A program made the position numbers and the translations under genes. Source: Selaginella moellendorffii (Eukaryota; Plantae; Lycopodiophyta). From it: a stretch of 64,000 bases of DNA. Shown here piece after piece: positions 1-9,431 of this stretch. Under the pieces are notes generated by a model. The model did not search any database and had not been told where the DNA came from. It was given only the letters and a program-made list of their open reading frames with translations. Every line of letters begins with the position of its first letter. The stretch's first letter is position 1. The stretch covers positions 1,943,944 to 2,007,943 of the forward strand of contig NW_003314272.1 of assembly GCF_000143415.4 (NCBI RefSeq), written 5' to 3'.

Positions 1-2
1 TA

Positions 3-1937
3 GGGCACTCCAATTCCACCGGCAATGCGCTGCTGGAGGTGTTCTTCGCGGCGCGCAAGCCCTGGGAGGCGCTCAAAATCTACCGAGAGTTCCTGGCCCC
101 GTCTTGCAGGCCCAACCAGGCGATCTACGCCACGCTCATCGTGGAGTTCTGCAAGATCGGCGAGGCCGACCAGGCGCTCGAGCTCTTCCGGGAGATGAGG
201 CAAAACAAGGTGCCGCCGGATCGCCGCCTCTACACCGCGATGCTCCACGGCCTGTGCAGGCAGCGGCAGATCGAGGAGGCCTGGAGTCTCTACCGCGAGA
301 TGATCGATCGCAAGCTGGTGGACACCCGCGTTTGCACTGCGCTTCTAAATGGGCTGTGCAAAACCGGGCAGCTCGATCGAGCGATGTTACTGCTGGACGA
401 GATGCCATGCTCGCCGGACATGGTGGCCTTCACGGTGGTGATCAACGGCCTCTGCCGGGAGAAGAGGCTGGACGAGGCCTTCTCGGTGCTCGAGCGAGCT
501 GTAAGAGCCGGGTGTGAGCCCGACTATGTCACGTACAACGTTTTTATCGATGGGCTTTGCAAGGCCGAGAGGGTAGACGATGCCTTCCAGCTCCTCAAGA
601 AGATGGACGAGAAGAAGTGCTTGCCAACGACGGTCACTTACACGGCGCTCGTCGACGGCCTCCTCAAGGCTGGGAGGCTTGACGAGGCGATGGCTGTGCT
701 CGAGCAGATGGTCGAGAAGGGGAACTCGCCGACGCTCAAAACTTACACCGTCGTGATCGATGGCCTCTCGAAAGCTGGCAGGGTGGAAGAGGCCCGGAGG
801 ATCTTCGTGGACATGCTGGGCAATGGCTGCCGTCCGGATGCTTTCGTCTACACGGCTCTCATCAGTGGTCTAGCCAAGATCGGCAAGCTCGACGCGGCTT
901 TGGTTTATCTAAACCAGATGGTTGAGAACGGCTGCGTTGCCGGTCCTGCTACTTCCACTGGCGTCATTGACAGACTTTGCAAGTCTGGAAGGGTGGCGGA
1001 TGCTTGCGGTGTTTTGCACAAGCTGGTCGAGTATGGATCTTCCGTGGACGAGGTGACTTATAATGCGGTCATTACCGGGCTTTGCAAGTCGGGGATGGTA
1101 GACAAGGGCCACTGGTACTACCGTCAGATGTTTGCCAAAGGTATCGTTCCCACCGTAGTGACTTACAGCATTCTCATTGACGGGTTTTGCAAGGCGGACA
1201 GGATCATCGAGGCTCGGCATTTGTTTGACATGATGGTTCAGCAAGGACACATTCCCGACGATCTCGCCTACGGTGCTCTTATAGAAGGCCTGTGCAAATC
1301 TGGGAAGCCGGAGGAGGCCTATGCTTTGTATAAGGAAGCCAATGCTCGGAAGCACCACGCCACGGCTGTTCCAGACGTGGTGACTTACACCAGCCTCATC
1401 GATGGTCTCTGCAAGGCAGGCAGGATACTCGAGGCTAGACAGGTTTTCGACGACGTGAAAGACGCAGAGGACCTGGTCGCTTACAACTGCTTGCTCGATG
1501 GGATATTCAAAGGCGGAGAACCGGACGAGGCTTGCCAGTTCTTCGAAGAGATGCTAGAGGCAGGGATGGAAGCTGATTGTTTTACTTATAACATCGTCGT
1601 GGACGGGCTGTGCAAGGCCGGGAGGCTGGAAGAAGCTGTGAAGTTCTTTCAAGCTATGGATGACCGGGGTGTGGCTCGGGACGTGTGCTCTTACAACGCT
1701 CTCATCGACGGGTACTGCAAGTGTCACAACCTGGCGGCAGCGTTTGAGCTCCTCAAGAGCATGGTGGACGCTGGCATTTCTCCCAACATCATCACTTACA
1801 ACACACTGATTGGAAGTCTCTTCAGGGCCAAGAGGGTGACCGAGGCATTTGGGCTGTTCGAGGAGATGTCGTGCAGAGGGATAGCGCCCGACGCATTCAC
1901 GTATCAGGCTTTGAATCACTCCTTGCCAAAGCACTGA
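3..1937 (+). CDS. P-class pentatricopeptide repeat protein (5' end outside window)
   Basis: Frame open from the window edge; many tandem 35-aa repeats of the type PDVVTYTSLIDGLCKAGR; intronless; stop TGA at 1935-1937. Confidence 0.95.
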   Translation, partial: GHSNSTGNALLEVFFAARKPWEALKIYREFLAPSCRPNQAIYATLIVEFCKIGEADQALELFREMRQNKVPPDRRLYTAMLHGLCRQRQIEEAWSLYREMIDRKLVDTRVCTALLNGLCKTGQLDRAMLLLDEMPCSPDMVAFTVVINGLCREKRLDEAFSVLERAVRAGCEPDYVTYNVFIDGLCKAERVDDAFQLLKKMDEKKCLPTTVTYTALVDGLLKAGRLDEAMAVLEQMVEKGNSPTLKTYTVVIDGLSKAGRVEEARRIFVDMLGNGCRPDAFVYTALISGLAKIGKLDAALVYLNQMVENGCVAGPATSTGVIDRLCKSGRVADACGVLHKLVEYGSSVDEVTYNAVITGLCKSGMVDKGHWYYRQMFAKGIVPTVVTYSILIDGFCKADRIIEARHLFDMMVQQGHIPDDLAYGALIEGLCKSGKPEEAYALYKEANARKHHATAVPDVVTYTSLIDGLCKAGRILEARQVFDDVKDAEDLVAYNCLLDGIFKGGEPDEACQFFEEMLEAGMEADCFTYNIVVDGLCKAGRLEEAVKFFQAMDDRGVARDVCSYNALIDGYCKCHNLAAAFELLKSMVDAGISPNIITYNTLIGSLFRAKRVTEAFGLFEEMSCRGIAPDAFTYQALNHSLPKH

Positions 1938-1987
1938 AGCGCGCCTTGGGGGTTTATGGTTTAGGGGTTTCCGAAGAGGGTCATGGC

Positions 1988-3931
1988 ATGAGCTTTGCGC
2001 TATGGTCAAGAGCAAGGATCACCAGGTTCCCGAACTTTCTCTTTCAGGCTAGGCGGTGGCCTTACTCCATTTCGGCTGCCAGTGAAGTGTATCATCAGTG
2101 TAACACGGAAAGAAGTCATGGAGGCGAACCCATTGCAGAGAAGAATGGACAGGAGCTTACAGACAGAGACAGTGCTGGAAGAGGCAGCGGAGAAGACAGG
2201 AAACGAAGCAGCAAGCAGAAGTTTGGTTACAAAGAAAGCATTGATACTCTCCTCAAAACTTTACTTGATCTCGAGGCTCAAGGTCGGTTTTTGGAGGTTG
2301 GAGGTGCACTGAGTGACTACAGAGGTGAACTCACATCCCGGATCGTGGCCCAAGTTTTGAAGCGGCTGAGAGACTACCGAGTAGCCTGGATGTTTTTCAA
2401 ATGGGCCGGTGAGCGGAGCAAGAGCTGCCACTCAAAGTTTTCGTGTGCTGGGCTTCTCCACATTTTTGTCAAGGCTGGAAAGCACCGCGAGGCGTACAGG
2501 CTGCTCAAAGAGGTGTTAGTAACCATCTGCGAACCGGATGTAGTGATGTACAGAACCGTGCTTGCCGGATGCTGCGTCGCAGGGGAAGTCAAGGTGGCTC
2601 GCGAGATTGTCGAAGATATGAAGGCCAGAGGTGTGGAACCCGACGTAGTGATCCACAACCTTGTCATCCGGCAACTCTGCGCTTCTGGAAATCTCGAAGA
2701 CGCGTTAGCTTACTTCGACGAACTGGACGACTCGCTGGATCTCACTCACTTTACCTTCAATCCGCTGGTTGCCGCTCTTTGCAAAGCAGAGAGGACGGAA
2801 GAAGCCATCGCTTTCGTCAAGAAGATGTCCGAGAGACGCTGTTTCCCAACTTTGTTCACGTATACTTCGCTCGTGGACGGGTTTCTCAAGCTAGGCAGGC
2901 TGGACGAAGCGCTCTTGCAGCTCAAGGAAGCTGTGGAGAGGGGCTTCATCCCCGATGCTGTCACGTACACCTCGATCATCGACGGGCTTTGCAAGCTGGG
3001 GAGAGTCGAGGAAGGCTGCGAAAGGTTTCACGAGATGAGAAACCGGGGCTACGAGCCCGACGCCGTCACGTATGCTGCTCTCATAGACGGGTTCATGAAG
3101 GCAAAGATGATCCCGAAGGCCCATCGAGTATACAGGCAAATGCTGCAGAGTGGCACCGTCGTGAGTACCGTGACTTACAACATCATTCTCGACGGCCTGT
3201 GCAAAGCCGGGAGAGTGGCCGAGGCGTACGCGACGTTCCTAGCGATGGAAGAGAGGGGCTGCGTTGCGACGGTGGTGACTTACAGCGCTCTCATGGACGG
3301 CTTCTGCAGCGAAGGTAACGTGTCCGCCGCCGTGGAGCTCTTCCGCCGGATGCTGGACCGAGGCTGCGAGCCAAACCTCGTCTCGTACAACATCATCATC
3401 CGCGGCCTCTGCCGAGCAGGAAAGCTGGCAAAAGCGTATTTTTACTTCGAGAAGCTGCTCCAGAGGAGGCTCTGCCCCGACGTCTACACCTTCAACGCTT
3501 TCCTCCATGGACTGTGCCAGCGCCTCGACACTGTGAGCGACGGGGTGGAGCTCTTTGAGAGCATGGTGTCGCAGGGAACGAGTCCCAATCTCCACTCGTA
3601 CAGCATTCTCATGGACGGGATCTGCAGAGCCGGGGGGCTGGAAGTCGCCCTCGAGATTTTCCGCGAGATGGTCTCCAGAGGCGTCGCTCCGGATGTGGTG
3701 GTGTTCAACACGCTGATCCGGTGGCTGTGCATCGCGGGGAGAGTGGACGAGGCCTTGGAAGTTTTCCGGGAGCTGGAGCGGCGAAGCGCTCCAGATGCTT
3801 GGAGTTACTGGAGCCTCCTCGACGGTCTGTCTAGGTGCGAGCGAATGGAGGAAGCTCGGTTGCTCTCCTTTCACATGAAGCTCCAAGGCTGCGCTCCTCG
3901 CCACTACGATTTGACGGTAAGGTTTTTGTAA
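1988..3931 (+). CDS. P-class PPR protein with probable organellar transit peptide
   Basis: First ATG in frame at 1988 (MSFALWSRARITRF...), then AWMFFKWAG motif and tandem P-type repeats (PDAVTYTSIIDGLCKLGR). Confidence 0.93.
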   Translation: MSFALWSRARITRFPNFLFQARRWPYSISAASEVYHQCNTERSHGGEPIAEKNGQELTDRDSAGRGSGEDRKRSSKQKFGYKESIDTLLKTLLDLEAQGRFLEVGGALSDYRGELTSRIVAQVLKRLRDYRVAWMFFKWAGERSKSCHSKFSCAGLLHIFVKAGKHREAYRLLKEVLVTICEPDVVMYRTVLAGCCVAGEVKVAREIVEDMKARGVEPDVVIHNLVIRQLCASGNLEDALAYFDELDDSLDLTHFTFNPLVAALCKAERTEEAIAFVKKMSERRCFPTLFTYTSLVDGFLKLGRLDEALLQLKEAVERGFIPDAVTYTSIIDGLCKLGRVEEGCERFHEMRNRGYEPDAVTYAALIDGFMKAKMIPKAHRVYRQMLQSGTVVSTVTYNIILDGLCKAGRVAEAYATFLAMEERGCVATVVTYSALMDGFCSEGNVSAAVELFRRMLDRGCEPNLVSYNIIIRGLCRAGKLAKAYFYFEKLLQRRLCPDVYTFNAFLHGLCQRLDTVSDGVELFESMVSQGTSPNLHSYSILMDGICRAGGLEVALEIFREMVSRGVAPDVVVFNTLIRWLCIAGRVDEALEVFRELERRSAPDAWSYWSLLDGLSRCERMEEARLLSFHMKLQGCAPRHYDLTVRFL

Positions 3932-4128
3932 GATTTCTCGACAGTGCTGATCGTTTTTTCCTTACAGCAATCGCGATTTTGTAGTTCTCTCTTTAAGAAC
4001 TGAAGTAAAGTTGGCATCATCGATGGTAAAGTCTTTTTTCCATTTGCAAGAAAGCTTGTTTACTGTGGTGGAGTAACAATAAGAAAAGGCTAGTTTGTAG
4101 GGACGTGCTGCCATTCTTTACCACGAAG

Positions 4129-4210
4129 GTGGACGTGCCGGAGTGGTTATCGGGCATGACTAGAAATCATGTGGGCTTTGCCCGCGCAGGTTCGAATCCT
4201 GCCGTCCACG
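4129..4210 (+). tRNA. tRNA-Ser(AGA)
   Basis: Acceptor GTGGACG/CGTCCAC, anticodon arm CATGA-CTAGAAA-TCATG, long variable arm, GGTTCGAATCC T-loop, downstream T-run. Confidence 0.97.
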
Positions 4211-4389
4211 TCTTTTCGGTTTCGTCTCTCCTTTTTGGCTCCTTTCTCTTTTGGACCTCCTCTCATATTCTTTTCTCTTTCGTTTTGGGAGCTACAGAGT
4301 CTTGAATTCCAGGAGAAGCCGCGACAATTATCAATGGCAGGACCACATACAATGTCGGTGGAGTGAGAGAGAAGAGGAGAAATTCGGGC

Positions 4390-5396
4390 ATGGATTCTAA
4401 AGAGAGTCTCCTCTGCAAGGTACTTTGACACTTCCTTTGAAGAATTCCCAAATCGATTCTCTTCTGTACTTTTCTTCTCTTCATAGGACATTGGCGACAG
4501 ATTGGTCACACTGCAGCTGCATCGCTCTTTGCTGGAAAAGGACGTGAGTAAATCAGAGTCTATGCTCTGCGAGAAAACAATGGGGATTTTTCCTCTCTTT
4601 TTTTCCTCTTCCGCTGATCTCAAGCTCGGCATTGATACTCTCTGGCTGCGCAGGTCCAGAGACTGAAGACAAAGTTGAAGTATGAAACTGACATCCGCAA
4701 GGCACTGGAAACCGGGCTGGGCTTTGGAGACGAGGACTCAAATCTAGACGATGTTGAGCACAATCTTCCTGCCGAGGTTCGCGTCCTCTTCCTTTCCATG
4801 GTTTTTCGTTTTCTTGAATCGTTAGATCGCAAGCATCTTTCCTCCATGCAATGTGCCTGACTGAAGTTTACTTTCCTTTGTTTCATTCGTATCAATGCTT
4901 GCAGGTGCGCGAGCTTCTGTCAGACGTTTCATCGGTGGAATCTGTCGTCTCCAATCTGGAAGACAAGGTGGTGCTTCTCCGGCACGAGATTGGAAGCGCT
5001 CGAGCTGACCGGACAAGGATCATTGTCGACTCCGGCGAAACGTCCCTCGAGAGCCTCCAAGCCAGAGTCGAGGAACTCAAGATCAAAGTCCACGACATCG
5101 AGGTGGTGAGCTCCGACGTCCTGGCCCAGGATCGCCACCGCCGGATCAAGACCGAGCAAACGTTTCTGGGATTGCCCCTCGGCAGCAACGGCAAGAGGAA
5201 GCTGCTCCAGACGAAAACCGCGCAGGTTGCTCGTCCCAGGAGGAACTCTCTCGACGATGCCGACATCGGGAAGAGCAAGCAGCAGAGAGCCAATGTACCT
5301 CCTCTCTTCGGTGGGAAGCTCTACTCGTCGGTGGACGTTCCAAGCGCTTCCTCGCTCCTGGGACGACTCAGATCCAAGAAAAAACCTCCTCAGTGA
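4390..5396 (+). CDS. Lzipper-MIP1-like coiled-coil protein (4 exons: 4390-4419, 4487-4543, 4654-4776, 4905-5396)
   Basis: Phase-0 GT-AG introns join into LHRSLLEKDVQRLKTKLKYETDIRKALETGLG...LPAEVRELLSDVSSVESVVSNLEDKVVLLRHEI, resembling the Lzipper-MIP1 domain of DUF547 proteins and REN1-type RhoGAPs. Confidence 0.7.
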
Positions 5397-7023
5397 ACCA
5401 GCCCGGTGCCAGTTGATCGATCACTGACGCCCCCGACGACGATCTCTCGTGAACTTTGGCCGCCGCTGCCAGTGATCCCGCCGCCGATTCGTCCGGGAAG
5501 AACGGCATCACGTCCAGGAGCTCTTTGGCGTCGTGCACACGTCCGGCACGTCCGAGAGCGTCGACCATGCAGCAGTAGTGCTCCAGCGACGGCCTTCCAA
5601 GGCCGAAGTCCGCCACCATCGAATGGAAGCAGCTCCTGGCGTGGAAAACTCCTCCAAGGTGGCTACACGCTGCCAGAATGCTCGCCATGGTCATGGGGTC
5701 GGGGTTGGATCCCTCGACGCTCATCCGCGTGAAGAGATCGATCGCGGTGCCAAAATGCCCCCGCTTGGTAACTGCTGCTAGTGTAGAGTTCCACGATGTT
5801 CTGTCTCTAGCAGGCATTTTTTCGAAACATTTTAGAGCTCCATCATAATGGCCGATCTTTCCAAGGCTTTCAAGGACAACGTTGTGGGTTACAATGGATT
5901 TTTCCGGAATCATGGTAAGCAGCTCCAGTGCACGAGACAAATCACCACTTTGGGCATTTGCTGCCACGGTGAGATTCCACATTACGAGGTTGTGAAATGG
6001 AGCAGCATCAAAGACTTCTACTGCTCTGGAAAATTCGCTAGTTTTTATATGTGAAGCCATCAGATTCGCGTACGAGGATGCGTTGAGCTCTGGAATCTCG
6101 GAGATATCCAGCAGCCGGGCTCCAATCATCGCGTTCCATGACGCCAGATTCCATTCGGGCATGGAATGAAAGACGCTCAGCGCGAGATCGAGATATCCGT
6201 GCTGGCACAGGCCAACAACAATGCAGTTAAAGGGCACGATGCTTCGCTGAGGCATCAGGTCTAGCAAAAGCAGTGCCTGACCAAGATCCCCAGCTTTGGC
6301 ATTTGCTGCAACTAGAGCTGTCCAGGTTACAAGGTTTAGCTCCGGCATGGAATCAAACACATTCTTTACTGTAGATATACGAGAACCTACTGAAAACGCT
6401 TGTAACATTGCCGTCCAGGAAATCACGTCCCTGACCGGCATTGCATCGAAGAGTTCTTTCGCTCTCTCCTGATTCCCAGAAGCAGCATTTCCTGCAAGCA
6501 TGGTGTTCCAGGCAACAAGATTCCTCTCCGGCATTCGATCAAACAGAACCTCGGCGCACTCCAGCTGCCCGTTCCGAGCGTAGGCCTGGATCATCGCGCT
6601 CCACGCTACAACATCTGCATCTTGGATATCCGAAAACATCGCCTCGGCCTCGCGCAAGAAGCCCATCTCCGCATAGAGCCCCATCATCGCCGTCCGCACC
6701 ACCGAGTCCCACGCGGGCATCCGGTCGAAGACCCGCTTGGCCTCGTGGAGGAGGCCGTGGCGCGCGTAGCACTGGAAGAGCGCGCTCCACGAGAAGATGT
6801 TCGGGCGGGCGATGGACTCGAAGGCCAGGCGCGCGTCGCAAATGCCGCCGCAAGCTCCGTACATGTGCACGACCAGGTTGGCCAGGTATGTGTTGCCGCG
6901 GGTGTGGGCGCCGTGCGAGATCTCCCTGTGGAGCTGCCTCGCTTGCTCCAAATCTTTGGTGGAGCGCACGAGCGACGCGAGACGATCTTGTTCGTGCTTA
7001 ATCCCACGAGATTGCAAATCCAT
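5368..7023 (-). CDS. PLS-class PPR protein with partial E domain
   Basis: FDRMPERNLVAWN-type short repeats, ACSHLG, EHYCCMVDALGRAG. Confidence 0.92.
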   Translation of the reverse strand: MDLQSRGIKHEQDRLASLVRSTKDLEQARQLHREISHGAHTRGNTYLANLVVHMYGACGGICDARLAFESIARPNIFSWSALFQCYARHGLLHEAKRVFDRMPAWDSVVRTAMMGLYAEMGFLREAEAMFSDIQDADVVAWSAMIQAYARNGQLECAEVLFDRMPERNLVAWNTMLAGNAASGNQERAKELFDAMPVRDVISWTAMLQAFSVGSRISTVKNVFDSMPELNLVTWTALVAANAKAGDLGQALLLLDLMPQRSIVPFNCIVVGLCQHGYLDLALSVFHSMPEWNLASWNAMIGARLLDISEIPELNASSYANLMASHIKTSEFSRAVEVFDAAPFHNLVMWNLTVAANAQSGDLSRALELLTMIPEKSIVTHNVVLESLGKIGHYDGALKCFEKMPARDRTSWNSTLAAVTKRGHFGTAIDLFTRMSVEGSNPDPMTMASILAACSHLGGVFHARSCFHSMVADFGLGRPSLEHYCCMVDALGRAGRVHDAKELLDVMPFFPDESAAGSLAAAAKVHERSSSGASVIDQLAPGWFTEEVFSWI

Positions 7024-7063
7024 CGCTCGTCCATCACAACCAAAAGAACAAGAGATCTGATAT

Positions 7064-7260
7064 CATCAAGATATGAAGAGAAGATCTATCATATTTGAGA
7101 ACAAGATTTTGAACAAGAGATCTATCACATTTGTGCGAGAAGACGATTCGATTGGAAAAAACCATCAAGATATGAACAGATGATCTATCATATTTGAGGA
7201 ACAAGACTTTGGACAAGAGATCTATCACACTTGTGCGAGAAGACGATTCGATTGGAAAAC
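7064..7260. repeat. Two-copy tandem repeat, period about 99 bp
   Basis: CATCAAGATATGAA...TTGTGCGAGAAGACGATTCGATTGGAAAA starts at 7064 and again at 7163. Confidence 0.9.
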
Positions 7261-7298
7261 AACTAAGTACAAAATTTGGAGATGGTTTGCGCGGGCAA

Positions 7299-7886
7299 TT
7301 AGCATTGTCCCGGCGGGATCAAGGGCACCAGCAAATCGCCCACGAAAGTACACCTCCGCTGCTGCCCCTCGAGCAGCGTCGCGCCGATTTTGGCGAGCTT
7401 GTCCGCCACCTCGTTGCCCAAAACCTTGTCGTGCCCTTTCACCTTGCAGAAGTGGACGTTGCAGCGCAGCATGCCCGCAAACAAGACAATGCTCTCCATG
7501 GTGCTCACGTCCGAGTGCCTGGACAGGTACGTCGAGTTCTCCATGTACATCTCCAGCAGCGTCAGCGAATCGTAGCTGTCCGTGTACACAAACACCTCAT
7601 GGTGGCGTACCCCGCCACCTTTCTCCTGCAGCATGATCGCCATCTGCAGCGACTCAAGCAGCCCTAACAGCTCAAAGGTGATGGCGGAGCAGCGCTTTAG
7701 GTCCTGCTGGGGTCGCCGCCCGTGTGCCTGGTACACACCTTGGCTCGGGATGTAAACGCCATAGCCACCGTGCTGCTGATTCCCGGGCCCGTCACACTTG
7801 TAAGATCCATCGGAGAAAATGGCCAGCCCGCCGTTGCGCATGATCATGGCATCGCTGTGATCGTTCTTGTGGATCAGGAGTGCCAT
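7299..7886 (-). CDS. Stand-alone ribonuclease HI-domain protein, intronless, 195 aa
   Basis: IFSDGS...GYGVY...ELLGL...VYTDS...KVKGH...GNEVADKLAK gives the complete D-E-D-(H)-D catalytic set. Confidence 0.88.
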   Translation of the reverse strand: MALLIHKNDHSDAMIMRNGGLAIFSDGSYKCDGPGNQQHGGYGVYIPSQGVYQAHGRRPQQDLKRCSAITFELLGLLESLQMAIMLQEKGGGVRHHEVFVYTDSYDSLTLLEMYMENSTYLSRHSDVSTMESIVLFAGMLRCNVHFCKVKGHDKVLGNEVADKLAKIGATLLEGQQRRCTFVGDLLVPLIPPGQC

Positions 7887-7960
7887 CGTGAAACCCTAGA
7901 CTCAATCGGCAACGTTCCAACTTATATAGGATCTTGGAAAAGGAAAAAGGATCCATATAG

Positions 7961-9418
7961 ATGCCTAATTTTGATTCCTTGGTATCTCGCCTGAGATCCT
8001 GCAAGAGCCTGGTGGAAGCCGCGGAGATCCACTCGGGGATCGCGCCGGAGAGGGCGAGCTTGTACGTCGCCAACTTGGTGGTGGAGATGTATGGACGCTG
8101 CGGCTGCGTGGAGGCCGCCCGGGCGGTGTTTGAGTCCATGCAGGGCAAGCGCAACGCCTTCTCGTGGAATCTCATGATCCAGGCGTATGCCCGCAATGGG
8201 CATGTTGACGAGGCCAGGGCATTCTTCGACGCAATCCCGGATGGCGAGCGGGATGTTGTCGCCTGGAACACGGTGATCGCCCTATACGCACGGAGCGATC
8301 TTCCGGTAAATGCCAAGTTGCTGTTCGATCGGATGGAGTTTCGTGATCTTGTCTCGTGGACTTCTGTCGTGGTGGCGTTTGCCAGAACTGGGGATCTGGA
8401 GCAGGCGAGGGCTTTGTTCGACCTCATGCCTGAGTGGAATCAAGTGTCGTGGACGGCATTGATCTTAGCTTACGGACAAGCAGGAAAAATGCAGCTGGGG
8501 AAAGATCTGTATGATTCCATGCCGTGGCAAGATTCCGTGACTTGGACGACAATGCTTCAAGTTTATGCCCAATGTGGGCATCTGGAGGAAGCTCGGCTTA
8601 TGTTTGAGGCGCATCCAAATCGGAGTGTCGTGTCGTGGACGGTTTTACTGGCGTCGTATGCGCAGGCCTTGTGGATCGACGAGGCCGCAGAATTGTTTCT
8701 TAAAATGCCGCACAAGGACGTGGTTGCATGGAACGTATTCATTGCCGGACTTACCCACAATGGGGAGTTTCTGGCAGCGAAACGAGCCTTCGATCAAATG
8801 CCGCGAAGAAGTGTCGTCTCGTGGAATCTGATCGTATCCTTGTACGCGAGGGAGCTACTGATCGAAGAGGCGAGGTTTCTCTTTGAATCCATGCCCGAGA
8901 AGACGGAGGTTTCATGGGGCACGATCATCGCGGCATATGCCCGGACTGGGCATCTGCGCCAGGCGAGGCGCCTCTTCGATGCGATGCCACGCCCGGATCT
9001 CGAGTCGTGGAACGCGATTCTTGCGGCCTCGGCACGCTCCGGCGAGTCCCTCGCCCTGCTGCGGCTGATGTGCGTCGAGGGCATCGCCCCCAACGCGATC
9101 TCGCTGCTGGGCGTGATGAACTCGTGCAGCCATCTGGGCCTCGTGGACGAGGGCGTGAGGATTTTCGCGTCGTTGCAATGGGACCTCGCGATCGCGCCGA
9201 TGAAGGAGCACTACTGCTGCGTGATCGATCTTCTCGGGAGGTCGGGGGATGTGGAGGCCGCGGGGGAGCTGAGCGGTGCCATGCCCAGCGGTGGCGATGT
9301 GGTGGCGTGGATCACGGTGCTGGCTTCGCGCAGCGTCCAGCGCGGTGACCACGAGAGGATCGAATGCGCCGCGCTCATGGAACAAGCGAGGAGTTTAAAT
9401 GGTTCAAGCAGGAAGTAG
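7961..9418 (+). CDS. PLS-class PPR protein with partial E domain
   Basis: MYGRCG, FDxMP..VSW repeats, SCSHLGLVDEG, EHYCCVIDLLGRSG. Confidence 0.92.
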   Translation: MPNFDSLVSRLRSCKSLVEAAEIHSGIAPERASLYVANLVVEMYGRCGCVEAARAVFESMQGKRNAFSWNLMIQAYARNGHVDEARAFFDAIPDGERDVVAWNTVIALYARSDLPVNAKLLFDRMEFRDLVSWTSVVVAFARTGDLEQARALFDLMPEWNQVSWTALILAYGQAGKMQLGKDLYDSMPWQDSVTWTTMLQVYAQCGHLEEARLMFEAHPNRSVVSWTVLLASYAQALWIDEAAELFLKMPHKDVVAWNVFIAGLTHNGEFLAAKRAFDQMPRRSVVSWNLIVSLYARELLIEEARFLFESMPEKTEVSWGTIIAAYARTGHLRQARRLFDAMPRPDLESWNAILAASARSGESLALLRLMCVEGIAPNAISLLGVMNSCSHLGLVDEGVRIFASLQWDLAIAPMKEHYCCVIDLLGRSGDVEAAGELSGAMPSGGDVVAWITVLASRSVQRGDHERIECAALMEQARSLNGSSRK

Positions 9419-9431
9419 GGTGTTTTATAGC

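Noticed and set aside
1871-1987. Overlap of the two P-class PPR ORFs
   Set aside because: Arises from a GTG start in the ORF track; the first ATG is at 1988
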